Shown: one piece after another, positions 12,001 to 22,127 of the stretch | Layout of the letters: each line of letters begins with the position of its first letter | Position numbering within the stretch: position 1 is the stretch's first letter | Source: Tubiluchus corallicola | Taxonomy: Eukaryota > Animalia > Priapulida | Assembly (NCBI GenBank): GCA_030141605.1 | Contig: JAQGDQ010000429.1 | Location: forward strand, 124,001 to 188,000 | DNA length: 64,000 nt | Direction of reading: 5' to 3' | The notes under the pieces: generated by a model | The model's input: the letters and a program-made list of their open reading frames with translations, nothing else | Told to the model about the DNA's origin: nothing | Databases searched by the model: none | Translations under genes and position numbers: made by a program

Positions 12001-15000
12001 ATAATATAACATGAGCCTTTCTGTGCATAGATTTCTTTGGGCCCCTATGCTCATCCCCTCACCCCCCCCCCCCCCCAGCCAACTGCCCAGTGTGCCCATG
12101 CATTAAGACAGCTCTGTATATGATTGCTGTACATTTAGTCTTAAATTTCAAAAGTTTTAACATTTTCAGTCAGCAATACAGAAACCAAATCTCATCTTTT
12201 GGCACAAATTATCTGATGCTGTCACTTTTAATCTACACTCGCATAACCTCTTTCCATTCCTAGTTTGTGCCCTTGTGAACTGACAGCATGTTTCTGTAAC
12301 TTTCCGTAACCCGTTCTTTTTTCAGTCGGGTTTTTTACAAGAAGGTATAACAAATGACGATATGAAGCAGTTAGAGGTAGGTACTGACACACCTTTTAGA
12401 TGATGCCTCGCATTCCTATTCAAATTCTTGTGCTCAGACTTGTTGGATATTGTAGAACTTGACTTTTTATGATTTGTTCCATCTGTTATGGTGTCTTCTT
12501 CACCTTGGTGTAACTTTTGTTAATAGTACTCAGGTGTAGCGGGTTTACCCTTGTTAACTGTACGCTAACTCGTTCTACTTTAACCTAGAGTAACAGCATG
12601 GCAGTACTATCTAGTTGCTACTTGATATCTTATAATTGTCTGTTAATTAACGGAGCTGATTTTTTTAAATTCTGCTTTTTGAAAGTTATCTATATTGAAA
12701 GGACTTACTGTCAAGCAAAATTTGTTTTTAAATGATATAATTGAACACAGGGAAGTTGCTGGTTTATGGGAAAATTAAGTTTTTTTTGGAATTTCAGTTT
12801 TGTATAATCCTGTTTTTTATTTAATTTTTTTTTGTTTTCTGCTAGACTTTTGTTGCTTAATTGTTTAATCGTGTCTGGGCAGGATGCTGGGGAAATAAGA
12901 ATTAACATAACACAAATGTTTCTAATGCATATTGTATAATGAACCTTTTTGAAGCAACATTTGCCTGGTCATAACAAACATATTTCTGGTCTATCTACTT
13001 GTTCAAAAGCCATATGCGTTCTTCGAAGACTTCCCTATCATAAATTCCTGTGTTAATTAAAAAACTCTCTTTCTTTGTAAACTTTTTTGTCAGTCAGTCT
13101 TTTGAATAACTCAAGCCGTTGGACATATGCTTTCTTGAATTGCAAACATAGCATTTACATGAAAAATTCATCTAATTCTATTAGTATTTTCTCATTGAAT
13201 TCCCATGTTAAAAGTCAAGAGAAATTTTTTAAAGCTGTTATGATAATAGACTTGCTGACTTATCATTTTGTAGCTAATAATACCATTGAACAATATATTT
13301 GTTACTCTAAATTTTAGTTCTCTTTTTGCTAAACTGCTGTTGCAGCCATGATTCATTTTTATACAAAGAAAACAACTGCTATTAAAACTTTAACTAATAA
13401 AATTTTAAAAAAGCATGTCTCTAAATGTTTCAACTGCAGCCTACAGTCATCTTCATTGATAGGCTACACAAACAAATGACCGGTTTTAAAGGTGGGAGAT
13501 TACAGTACAGTAGGCAGAGCTGACAGTATGGTACAATTCTGTACTGCAAGCTCTGCCTTCAAAACTGGTTGTTTGTTTATGTAGTCTGTTGCTGAAGATG
13601 ACTGCAGCTTGCAGTCGAAATGTTTGAAGACATATTTTTTCAACATTTTATAACTTGTAGTTTGTATAACTTGTATAAGTTTTAATAAAAGTTGTTTTCT
13701 TGTTATAATAATGCTGTCAGTGCCTGTATAAATTGATTTGGATTATTCATTTTTATTATGCATTTTTGCTCAGAATCATAAGATTTGCCATTAAACAACA
13801 ATTTTCAACTTTGCCACAAAAGTTTTAACTAGCATTCAAGTGATATCATGAAAATCATTGTTTTACAAAATACTTCTTATGTAAACATGATTGTAGTTTA
13901 CAAGATTTAAAGCGTCTCTGTTTTACCGTTTCCAGGTCGATTTCCTGAACTCTGTAATCGTCGACATGCAACGAAAAAATGACGAGCTTTTGGCAAGGTT
14001 AAAGATTCTTGAGGTTGGTGGCGCCGATATAGACAACATCAATATTAGGTGAGAGCCTCATTGTTAGACCCCATTTTTCAGTTGTAGCTTAACATTTTAC
14101 ATGGAGTTTTCACATTTGTATGAATCAATGGTAGGTTAATCCAGTTGCTGGAAAGCTGTGTGCTTCTGGCTAACCCATAGCCATAACTATGATTTATGAT
14201 CTTGTGCAGCATAAAACTTCATTTAAATTTTACAGTTTGTAAAACTGGCATCTGATAACTCTGTAATATTATTTCATTCTTTTTATTTACCTTTTATTTT
14301 ACGTTTATTTCAGTACGTAAAAACTACCATAAAAGAATAAACAAAACCTAGTTAAAAATCACAATTAAAATATTTACACAAAGAACAGAGGATTAGTAAA
14401 CTAAACATGTAAAAAATGGTTAGTAAGTGTATATTCCCAATGGGCAAAAATATTCATAAAGTAAAAGGTTAAAATAACGTCAGTATTAAGAATAAAACTG
14501 CGTGTGACATAATTGCTTGAATTTAAATCTCACTGACAATGGCTAAAAGAATTTTTACACAAAATGATCACAGCCATTTTCAGCACATGTTCTAGATGCT
14601 ATTTTGCCCTTAATGTAAGCAAAAAACTTTGTCAACGCAAAATAGTAGGCGGCTTTTAACTTGTAATAGTACCAAGATTAAAAGTGATCCACAGGTTAGA
14701 ACAATAAAAAGTTGAGCGATAAAATTTAAGCAGAACGCATTTGACATTAGCAGAGAGAACTAAAAAATATATAATAATAATATGTTGTGTAATATTTTCT
14801 CTAGTAGTTTGGCCTGGAAGAAGACTGTGCCCAATACTTTTTATGATGATTGAAATTTTACTAACTTGCTATAAATGATAAATGTCAAACCATCGTACTT
14901 ACATCAATCTGTGAATTTGAGACATTTAACAAACACATATTTAACTTGTTATTTAGACCTGGAAGTCCCAAACTGTCTGCACCTCGTATGTTTTGTGACA

Positions 15001-15945
15001 TCTGCGATATGTTTGATCTCCATGACACCGAAGACTGTCCGGCACAGGCAATGTCCGACTCCCCGCCACCGTCCAAGTTTCATGGTGACAGGAACAGTCA
15101 ACGGCCGTATTGTGATATCTGTGAAGGTACGATTACGTGTAATTAGCTTTTATAAATGTTTATTAGTTTTTCAAACTTTAACGTGGCTCATTGTCCTGTT
15201 TATTGCTCAGCCTACATTTTCTTGCTTTCAAAAAAATTGACAAAATCATTTATAAAATTAGCCAGAGTTGTCATCATTGCCTAACGAGATCATCATTTCA
15301 TTTATGTTTTTGAAGTATGAATCGGTATATAGAAGGTTTGTGTGATTTATTTTGCTCCAAGTCCTGATTTCTGTGATTTACAACTAACGAAGAGAAATTT
15401 TCAATTGTTCTCATTATAACAGAATTTATTTTTGTGGAATAAATTTGATAATTTGGTTGTGCACTTCATGCCATTTCTTGTGACTATACTTCAAAACACC
15501 AATTAGCCTGCAATTTTGTTTTTAATCAATGGCCATACTTTGTAACTTTAACAAATCAGTATCTGTTACACTTTTATTGTTATATGTAGCAACTACTGTT
15601 GAACTGCTAAAGGATAATGTGATTTTACCACATTTGTAAGCAACAGTGTAAGCAATTGTGTTCAGGATTCATGTGTCAGTCTTAAAAACTGTCTAATCTG
15701 TACCAATTAAACTATGTTTAAACTAAACTAACTATGGTGTGTGCATGTTCAAATTAAATCGAAATCCCAAGTAAAAACAATTGAAAACAGTTAGCTTATT
15801 TTCAAATTATTTGGCGATAACCCAATTTAGTTATCTTTTTTATAAGCTAAGGAAATTAAGAAATGATTGGCAATGTAATTTACAATTTTGATTTACAGTT
15901 TTTGGACACTGGACTGCAGAATGTGACGATGAACAGACTTACTAA
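56..15945 (+). CDS. CLIP1: CAP-Gly domain-containing linker protein (CLIP-170/restin/CLIP-190 family), 3' portion; 5' exons with the CAP-Gly domains lie upstream of the window
   Basis: 17 GT-AG exons splice in frame: 56-154, 813-881, 1621-1821, 2733-2790, 2999-3066, 3492-3580, 5017-5182, 5581-5766, 6306-6422, 7460-7566, 7944-8064, 9157-9209, 9844-9961, 10904-11116, 13936-14048, 14957-15126, 15899-15945 (664 aa plus TAA). Long heptad coiled coil with CLIP-170 signature segments [19 protein letters not shown] and [16 protein letters not shown], two CCHC zinc knuckles ([19 protein letters not shown]; [17 protein letters not shown]) and an acidic-aromatic C-terminus DDEQTY. Confidence 0.95.
1861..2361 (+). 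mobile_element. Penelope-like element relic: inverted arms of about 165 bp around a decayed GIY-YIG C-terminal fragment
   Basis: 1861-~2026 is the reverse complement of ~2195-2361. The spacer reads, with frameshifts, IKEA...HPGLS.RDGG, resembling the KEAI..P.LNRD.G end of Penelope endonucleases. The arms hold a decayed CTGANGA-stem-GAAACGTT core. Confidence 0.55.
4711..4938. repeat. Imperfect intronic inverted repeat (palindromic element)
   Basis: 4751-4823 (AAAAGCAGCTACAACAGCCTCTGAGAATATC...) pairs with ~4850-4920 (...GATATCCTCACTGGCTGTTGTAGCTGTTTT); weaker pairing extends outward. Confidence 0.75.
6733..7428 (+). mobile_element. Helentron-associated (DINE-1/HINE-like) non-autonomous element, degraded
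   Basis: 5' end TCCGCCAAGAAGGTTATGTTTT..TGTTTGTTTG and 3' end CCTAGGCAATGATCTGCGC...TTCTAGT resemble the widespread CCGCCAAGGAGGTTATG ... CCTTGGCGGAGGTCTGCGC..CTAGT element ends. Confidence 0.5.
7023..7356 (+). mobile_element. MITE family with AATAAGCCTTTTCACAG ends, subtype A, one end truncated
   Basis: Starts AATAAGCCTTTTCACAGTT; the internal sequence is the reverse complement of the copy at 21642-22009. Confidence 0.75.
8284..8364. repeat. Near-perfect hairpin with a stem of about 38 bp in a CLIP intron
   Basis: GCAGATGCATATAACAAGAACTGACCTGAATAA / TTATTCAGATCTGTTCTTGTTATATACATCTGC around a TGCCC loop. Confidence 0.8.
8839..8907 (-). mobile_element. Degenerate tRNA-derived SINE head
   Basis: Minus strand GGAGCATGGTAGTCTAGC ... 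GGTTCCAATCCAGGC gives A-box- and B-box-like motifs at tRNA-like spacing, with no intact cloverleaf. Confidence 0.35.
10474..10869 (+). mobile_element. MITE family with AATAAGCCTTTTCACAG ends, subtype B, complete copy
   Basis: Perfect 19-bp terminal inverted repeats AATAAGCCTTTTCACAGTT / AACTGTGAAAAGGCTTATT and subterminal GGTCAAAGGTTA / TAACCTTTGACC; non-coding. Confidence 0.85.
11778..12116. mobile_element. hAT-superfamily MITE
   Basis: TIRs CAGGGCCGTCTTAAT / ATTAAGACAGCTCTG and a perfect 8-bp target-site duplication TATATGAT (11770-11777, 12117-12124). Confidence 0.92.
13361..13708. mobile_element. Palindromic element of about 350 bp with a minimal hammerhead-like core (Penelope-like relic)
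   Basis: Arms ~13361-13510 and ~13540-13708 are reverse complements. The right arm has CTGAAGA(13592-13598)-T-GACTGC/GCAGTC stem-GAAA(13617-13620). Confidence 0.65.
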
Positions 15946-16368
15946 GACAATGGCTGAAAGAGAAGAGTAGCTAAATACTAACCAAGATAGTAGCAGCGAT
16001 ACATTTAATCGTTCACTCACAGAACAGTAACTGTTGCCACTTTGGCTGATTCGGGTATTATAGGCAAATTATGATTTTTAAGTTTAGCATAGCGATGTAA
16101 ATGCTCTCTTACAGGCTTTTGTACGTTTTGTACTACTCTGAAATGTACTTTTTGTTTGTACAGCTTATTTATACAACAGTGTAATTCATTTGTTCACTCA
16201 TGTATCATCTAGATTGTGTGAAATGCACAAATATATTGTAAAAAACAACATAGCAGGGCTGACTGAAGGCACAAGAGCAGGACAGTTAAGTTCTCCGACT
16301 GTTGTGTTGAGTGGTGCAACGCATAAACATTACATTGTTATTGATGGATAAATTCAGTTTACTACCTA

Positions 16369-17028
16369 CAGTCTAGCCTCGTTATCTCGCCCCTCGTTAT
16401 GCCGCCAAACTCGTCTCTCGCCATAGAAAGTACCAGGACGGATTTCCTGCTTTGATATTTACCTCGTTAAGTCGCCACCCTCGCCACGTCATGCTAGGAT
16501 GAGTGCTTATGTAAACTATATTCGTTATGTCGCCAAACAGACAAACTCAGAGGTGAATCGATCAATACAAATACCGCGTGTCGATCAATATAACCGCGGT
16601 ATGTAGACAATGCTGCTGTACTCGATAGACAGACATAATTAATCTAGTCTGTGTTGACTGCTTGCATGTATCATCAATGAAACAGTCGTCTCTTCTGAAT
16701 TATTTCAGTCGTCAGTAACTCATTTGTGAACATTTCTAAATCTTTTGCTAAGTTTATTGCATTTAAGTGTATACTCGAAAAAGGTTTTTTAAATAAAGAA
16801 GTAACATTCTAAGATTATTTTTATGACATTTTTTCATTTCTGATTTAATGTTGATTGGTATCATAATGCGAAATATATTTTATATGTACATAGAGGAACA
16901 CTATGTTAATCAACTATTATGTATATACATATAGACTAACTTCGTTATATTCCCGTTATCTCGCCATACTCGTCTCTCGCCAAAAATTTGCCCTATACGG
17001 ACAGTGGCGAGATAACGAGACTAGACTG
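16369..17028. mobile_element. Tc1/mariner (pogo/Tigger-like) MITE
   Basis: TIRs CAGTCTAGCCTCGTTATCTCGCC / GGCGAGATAACGAGACTAGACTG, TA duplication on both sides, and internal CTCGTTATCTCGCC-type subterminal repeats. Confidence 0.92.
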
Positions 17029-17099
17029 TATTTCTTAAGAGATTTGTACATGACTCCTGGGCTAGAAAATTATGTAAGACATTTTGCAAGGTTTTATTA

Positions 17100-17706
17100 G
17101 AGTGGGACCTCTATTATCCAGACGTATAATTGAAAAAGTCCAGAAAGTGCGACTTACCTAAGTTTTGCGCAAAATACAACCCCGTCTTTGCAATATCAGA
17201 TGCAAAACTAGGAAAAACGTATGGGTACAGTATTTCCTCTGTTTATTCTTCACCAGTGATTTTAGCTGTAATAGTTCCACCACAAAAAATAAAAATAATG
17301 CAACTACTCGGTAAGGAGGAAACCACAGAATTGGTCTTCGGAAATTGATTTTGCAGCATTTATTACTACAGTTTGTTTCGCTTCTAACAACTTCACAATT
17401 AGCAAAATTATGGTTATGAAATGTATTTATTCGTGGAATGTATTGTGTCTGGCCACATTTTGTAACTGTCCACCAACATGGCAGTGCCCTATTCATATTA
17501 GTGTAGTTTTTCAATTACTGCAGATTTCTCTAGGAAAGGTAAAAAGGTTCTCCTATGAAACAGCAGTTCAAGAGAAGGGAGCATAAAACCCCTCAGCACT
17601 TTATATCAGTAAATTATTAAGGTCAGAATGTATAAAAACTGTAGTATTGTAGTATTTGTGATCTAGCCCAGATGACCCAATATTCTGGATAATCGAGATG
17701 CTCCTG
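17100..17706. mobile_element. Older pogo/Tigger-like MITE
   Basis: Degenerate TIRs GAGTGGGACCTCTATTATCCAGA / TCTGGATAATCGAGATGCTCCTG flanked by TA. Confidence 0.6.
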
Positions 17707-19864
17707 TATTTCTTACTATGCAGTATTGCTGCAGCTTGTTCATTATTTAGCACCTCAACAACTCAAAATCAAGGACTAATGTTTGGAGTGTCTATATAGA
17801 TTCTTAGAGTATGATAAATAAATCTTTATAATTTCTTGTGACTCTGAAACTGATGTATTGCTGTGTGTAATAACATTGCAAGGCCATCATGTAAAAAACT
17901 GTTAGTTTGAGTAATCTGCGTCTGTGGTGCTCATTTGTAAGTCAAATGAATTGTGTTTATCAGTCCAAACACAGTCAGTTTTAATGACTCACATGGGCCT
18001 GAATTGAAGTCTTGTTGAATTATTAGGAGTGTGTAACTAGAGGTCACCTCATCAAGTTATTGGTCTTAAAATGCTTGACTCTACTGAGTAATATTGAGTA
18101 AGCAGTTTATCAAATTCATTGTTGCAAATAATCATAATTGAATTTTTTCCGTTCATTTTTAAAGGAAAATCTGTAACCATCCGGTTGATACATTCTAGTA
18201 TGTGTTCCAGCATTATGTAAGTTTGAATTATTTAAAGAAATTGTTTACAAGGATGTGTTGTGAAAGTAGATGATGATCAAATCGTTGGAAATTTCAAAAA
18301 TTAATAGGATTGGCTTTTTTTGCAGTTGTCCTGGACCATATGTTGATCAGCGAGTTCTTTCCTAATTAATTATTTTTAAGCAATTTTTACTCGTTTAAAC
18401 TAGGCTTATGGATGCCACTAATAATAAAAAACAAAATGCACATGATAAATGACTGTTTATTAATAATTTAAACTTTGCAATTTTTGTAAATATGTTGATA
18501 TAGTATTACTTTATCAAGCAATGTAATCCATTTATGGTAAAAATTTATTTATTGTTAACTATACAATTCCTGTAGTTGTTAACTTTATTACTGGGTGCAT
18601 TGTCGTTTTGTTATACTCGCTATAATGTTTTGTTTATGACTTTGTTATAAAATTATATTTATGAAAATGCTTATTTACAGACGTCAAATTTGTAAGATTT
18701 CTCAACTTTGTGTAGTGGTGTTTATCACAAAAATACATACCATCACACGTTGACAAAATTATTCGTGACTTTTCCAAGCTTTGCAAAATTTTACAATATG
18801 AAATATCTCAACAACCATATTAACATGATTAATCATATAGCAGAGCTGAGTAAGCTAGGTGAAGTTTGCAGAAAGCAGGACCTGCTATGCACTTGTCACT
18901 ATAATCACCAGAAGCATGCTGCAGACAATAGTGCAAACTACTGACAAAAATGTAAAGCTTTTGAATTATATCAGGTAGCACAAAAAACGTGCCCAAGTTT
19001 TGATCACAACATTTCAAGAAAGCAACGGAACTGCTTGAAAACTACCACACTGAGTTGCAGACGATTGCGTTTAACCCTTAGCCAACCAAGGGGTTTTTAT
19101 ATTACAATAAAGACCAAGCGAGGTATTTCATAAATTACCCTATGAAAGTTTTGTTTAATATGTATTACTAACTGGACAGAATAGCGAGCTGGTAATTGAG
19201 GCGCTCCTATTAGTACAAAGCCAAGTTCTGAGGCAAGATGGCATAGATATATGAGGGCATAAGGGATAAGAAGAGGCTTTCCATCATTGCAATATATTGT
19301 TTATGCCATGTTATTTAGGCTTGGTTTTTCAGGTCTTGTGAAAATTTTTAAAAAAAGCTTAACGATGTTCATTGTTGAATTCTAAGACATCCATTTCGTC
19401 TTCACTTGCTGGATCTTTGAAAATTTCATCTTCATTAGGTTCAAGCTTAGTCACCTGTACAGCTAAAATTCCTGCCATATCGCTAAATGAAGAAAGTCCA
19501 CAAACTTTAATGTGAAATTTCCTCAACAGATTGTTAGAAGAATGGCTTTGCAGAACTGTAAGTAAATTCCAAAATTTTACCCACAGAAAAGACAAAGGGG
19601 TAATAAGCTACCCACATCAGGTAGTATCTAACACCCGTGCTTTGTAAAAAACCATGAATAATACTTTTTAGCAAAACCAAGGTATTATGGCATAACAAAT
19701 CGAAAAATAATTAATTGAAAATTTTACGTTGTCTGCATCAATATAAAAAATGTGAGCAAACGCTCCTGGGGTAAATGAAGTCATTTCTTAGATTTTCCGA
19801 AATTACAGCAGTTTTAAAAAAATAAGTCCAAAAAAAGATTGTCACTATTATTAAAATTTATAGG

Positions 19865-20110
19865 AAAAGTGCTCTGTGTCCACTTTTCAATGCAAACTGG
19901 ATGAAGGTTATTTCTTCCAATAGCTGACACAGTTTATCATTTCCTTGAGGTGTATTTGGTCCCAGCACTCAACAATTTTTGCCTTCAGTTCTGCACTCTG
20001 GGATCAAACAACTCTGTGCATCCATCATACACAGTTTTCAAGGGAATTCCATGTACCACAATCCAGATGATCAAGTCCCACGTTTACTGATAAATTTTTG
20101 ATGATGATCA
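19865..20110 (-). pseudogene. Tc1/mariner transposase C-terminal remnant
   Basis: Frameshifted minus-strand translation DL..LD..W..L...VY...ELKAKIVECWDQI...GH.EH matches the SPDLNPLD..W..L...VY....EL...I...W end of Tc1/mariner DDE domains. Confidence 0.55.
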
Positions 20111-21044
20111 GCTGACAATGTTCTGGCATTTAAATTTTTAATATTCAAAAGCCTTTCGGCCATAACTTCAAAAAAAACTAAAACTATAAATTTGTTAACT
20201 GTAACAGGCAAAAACTATTGTGTTGTAATATCATGCTATGTTGGGTACTTGCTTCTAATAGATATGCAGTCCAAAATTTGGCACATTTTTCCTGTGCCAC
20301 CTGACATTTGAACACAGTTTAGTGAATGCTTTACATGAAATAAAGTTTAATGACAGAACTAAACTGCTCGGTAGCTTTACTAAGTTCACTATACTACAAA
20401 CAAAATTTACTTTCCCGAACCACTGCAGTATAACTGAAAAAAATCGCTTTGTGTTGATTTATCAGATTATCATAGAATAAACAAATATGCAGCTGTAAAC
20501 GACTTAATTATCAAACAACGTGTGTATCTATTACGTCATCAACATTTCTGCCTCCAAAAATCAAACCAAAAAATGTCTACCATGTACAAAGCACTTAATG
20601 TTTTAAGAATTGTGCCAAACGAAATCAAATTGGTACAAATGCAGTAAGAAATATGTGTTTTACCCATAGTAATACATATACTATCCTCCTAAAAATTAGA
20701 TAATACATATTCATTATGTAAGCAACCAAATACCATGCGTCATTATAATATCAATGACAAAAATAGAAGTGAGTGCACAATGTCAACCAGTAATAATCTT
20801 TGGTCTCAAAGTAAAACAAATAATTTCTTCTCATTCAACTAAGAAACAAAATTGCATAAGATGATGATTTCAATATAAAAATAATGATCATAGACACAAT
20901 CTCCCAAATAAAAAAAACAAATACAAACTAAAACTGGATATGCAAAAGCAAACATGCCCACACATTATACGAAATCATTAATTTATGTTAAAGCAAATAT
21001 GAAAACTAGCATTTCAACTAAAGCACGCTGTATAAACATGAGAC

Positions 21045-21455
21045 CAGGGGGGACCCTTGTCAAAATTTGCGCCCCCCTGCAAAATCGGACAAATAAATTT
21101 TTTTGCAGTGAAAATTGCAGTTCGCATGTAATCATTTTCAATATGAATTAGAATTAGGTAAAAAAATGTTTGGTAGCTTCAGTGTATTAGTTTCTTAAAA
21201 CTTTTGTGTGATAAATTTCTGTAAATAACAATTTAGTTAGAGGCACATTAATAACGTTAGGTTAACTGAGAGTTAATTTTCTCATTATTGCTCTGTCTGC
21301 TACGCCGTCCTACACATGCTAATTATAGGCCTGCATGCAGTATAAAAGGCGTTAAAATTGGCTTAACCATTATTTAACCACTTCGGATACCTCGCCCCCC
21401 CCCAGAAAATTTTTGCGCCCCCCCCCCCTGCTTGCCACATCTAGTTCCGGCCCTG
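21045..21455. mobile_element. hAT-superfamily MITE
   Basis: Perfect 8-bp TSD CATGAGAC (21037-21044, 21456-21463). Right TIR CTAGTTCCGGCCCTG; left TIR partly deleted; GCGCCCCC subterminal motifs. Confidence 0.85.
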
Positions 21456-21641
21456 CATGAGACCCAACTAAAATTGGCAAGAAATGTAAGACTGAATTAA
21501 AAACTAAAATACATTACGTGAGAAAACGCAAAAGCTAAATTAAAGCCCTGTAGTGTGAATTCTTACAAGCTTAAAGGCCAGAAAACATCTAACTTTTTAT
21601 GTCTCAGTACACATTTTTTAGTTTTCTAATTTATCTCCTCT

Positions 21642-22009
21642 AATAAGCCTTTTTGCAGCGATTGATGATGATCATGAAAAGGTCAAACGTTAGGTGAACC
21701 AAACAACGCATTTGTTTACACTTGACAACGCCTTGCAACCTCTGCTATTATAATAGTAACAGTTCTTGGCGTTAATTTTCGATTCAGTAATCTCATTTTA
21801 CGTGGATTGCTGCTGCTATTTTGCTAGCTGGTTTCGGATATGAAAAAGTTCATACGTGTAGTATGATAATTAAAATAACTACATATTTCATAGGCTTCAC
21901 CTAAATATAATTAAATATGATGGTGTAGTTAAGTAAGAAGCTGGGTTCACATGGCCTTTAACCTACAGCAACTATGCATGCACATAGTTAAACTGTGAAA
22001 AGGCACATT
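21642..22009 (-). mobile_element. MITE family with AATAAGCCTTTTCACAG ends, subtype A, reverse orientation
   Basis: Ends AATAAGCCTTTTTGCAG / AACTGTGAAAAGGCACATT; internal match to 7023-7356. Confidence 0.8.
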
Positions 22010-22127
22010 TGAAATCCTTTATATACGATCGTAAAGGAATGTTTATATCACATAATACGTAAAACTAAACTAAAATATTACCACAAATGCTTAGTGATGC
22101 AGTTTCCATTAGGTATTGCTCGTATCA

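Noticed and set aside
19071-19620. piggyBac element (TTAA-CCCT start, acidic ORF fragment)
   Set aside because: No convincing matching right TIR with TTAA and no catalytic motifs.
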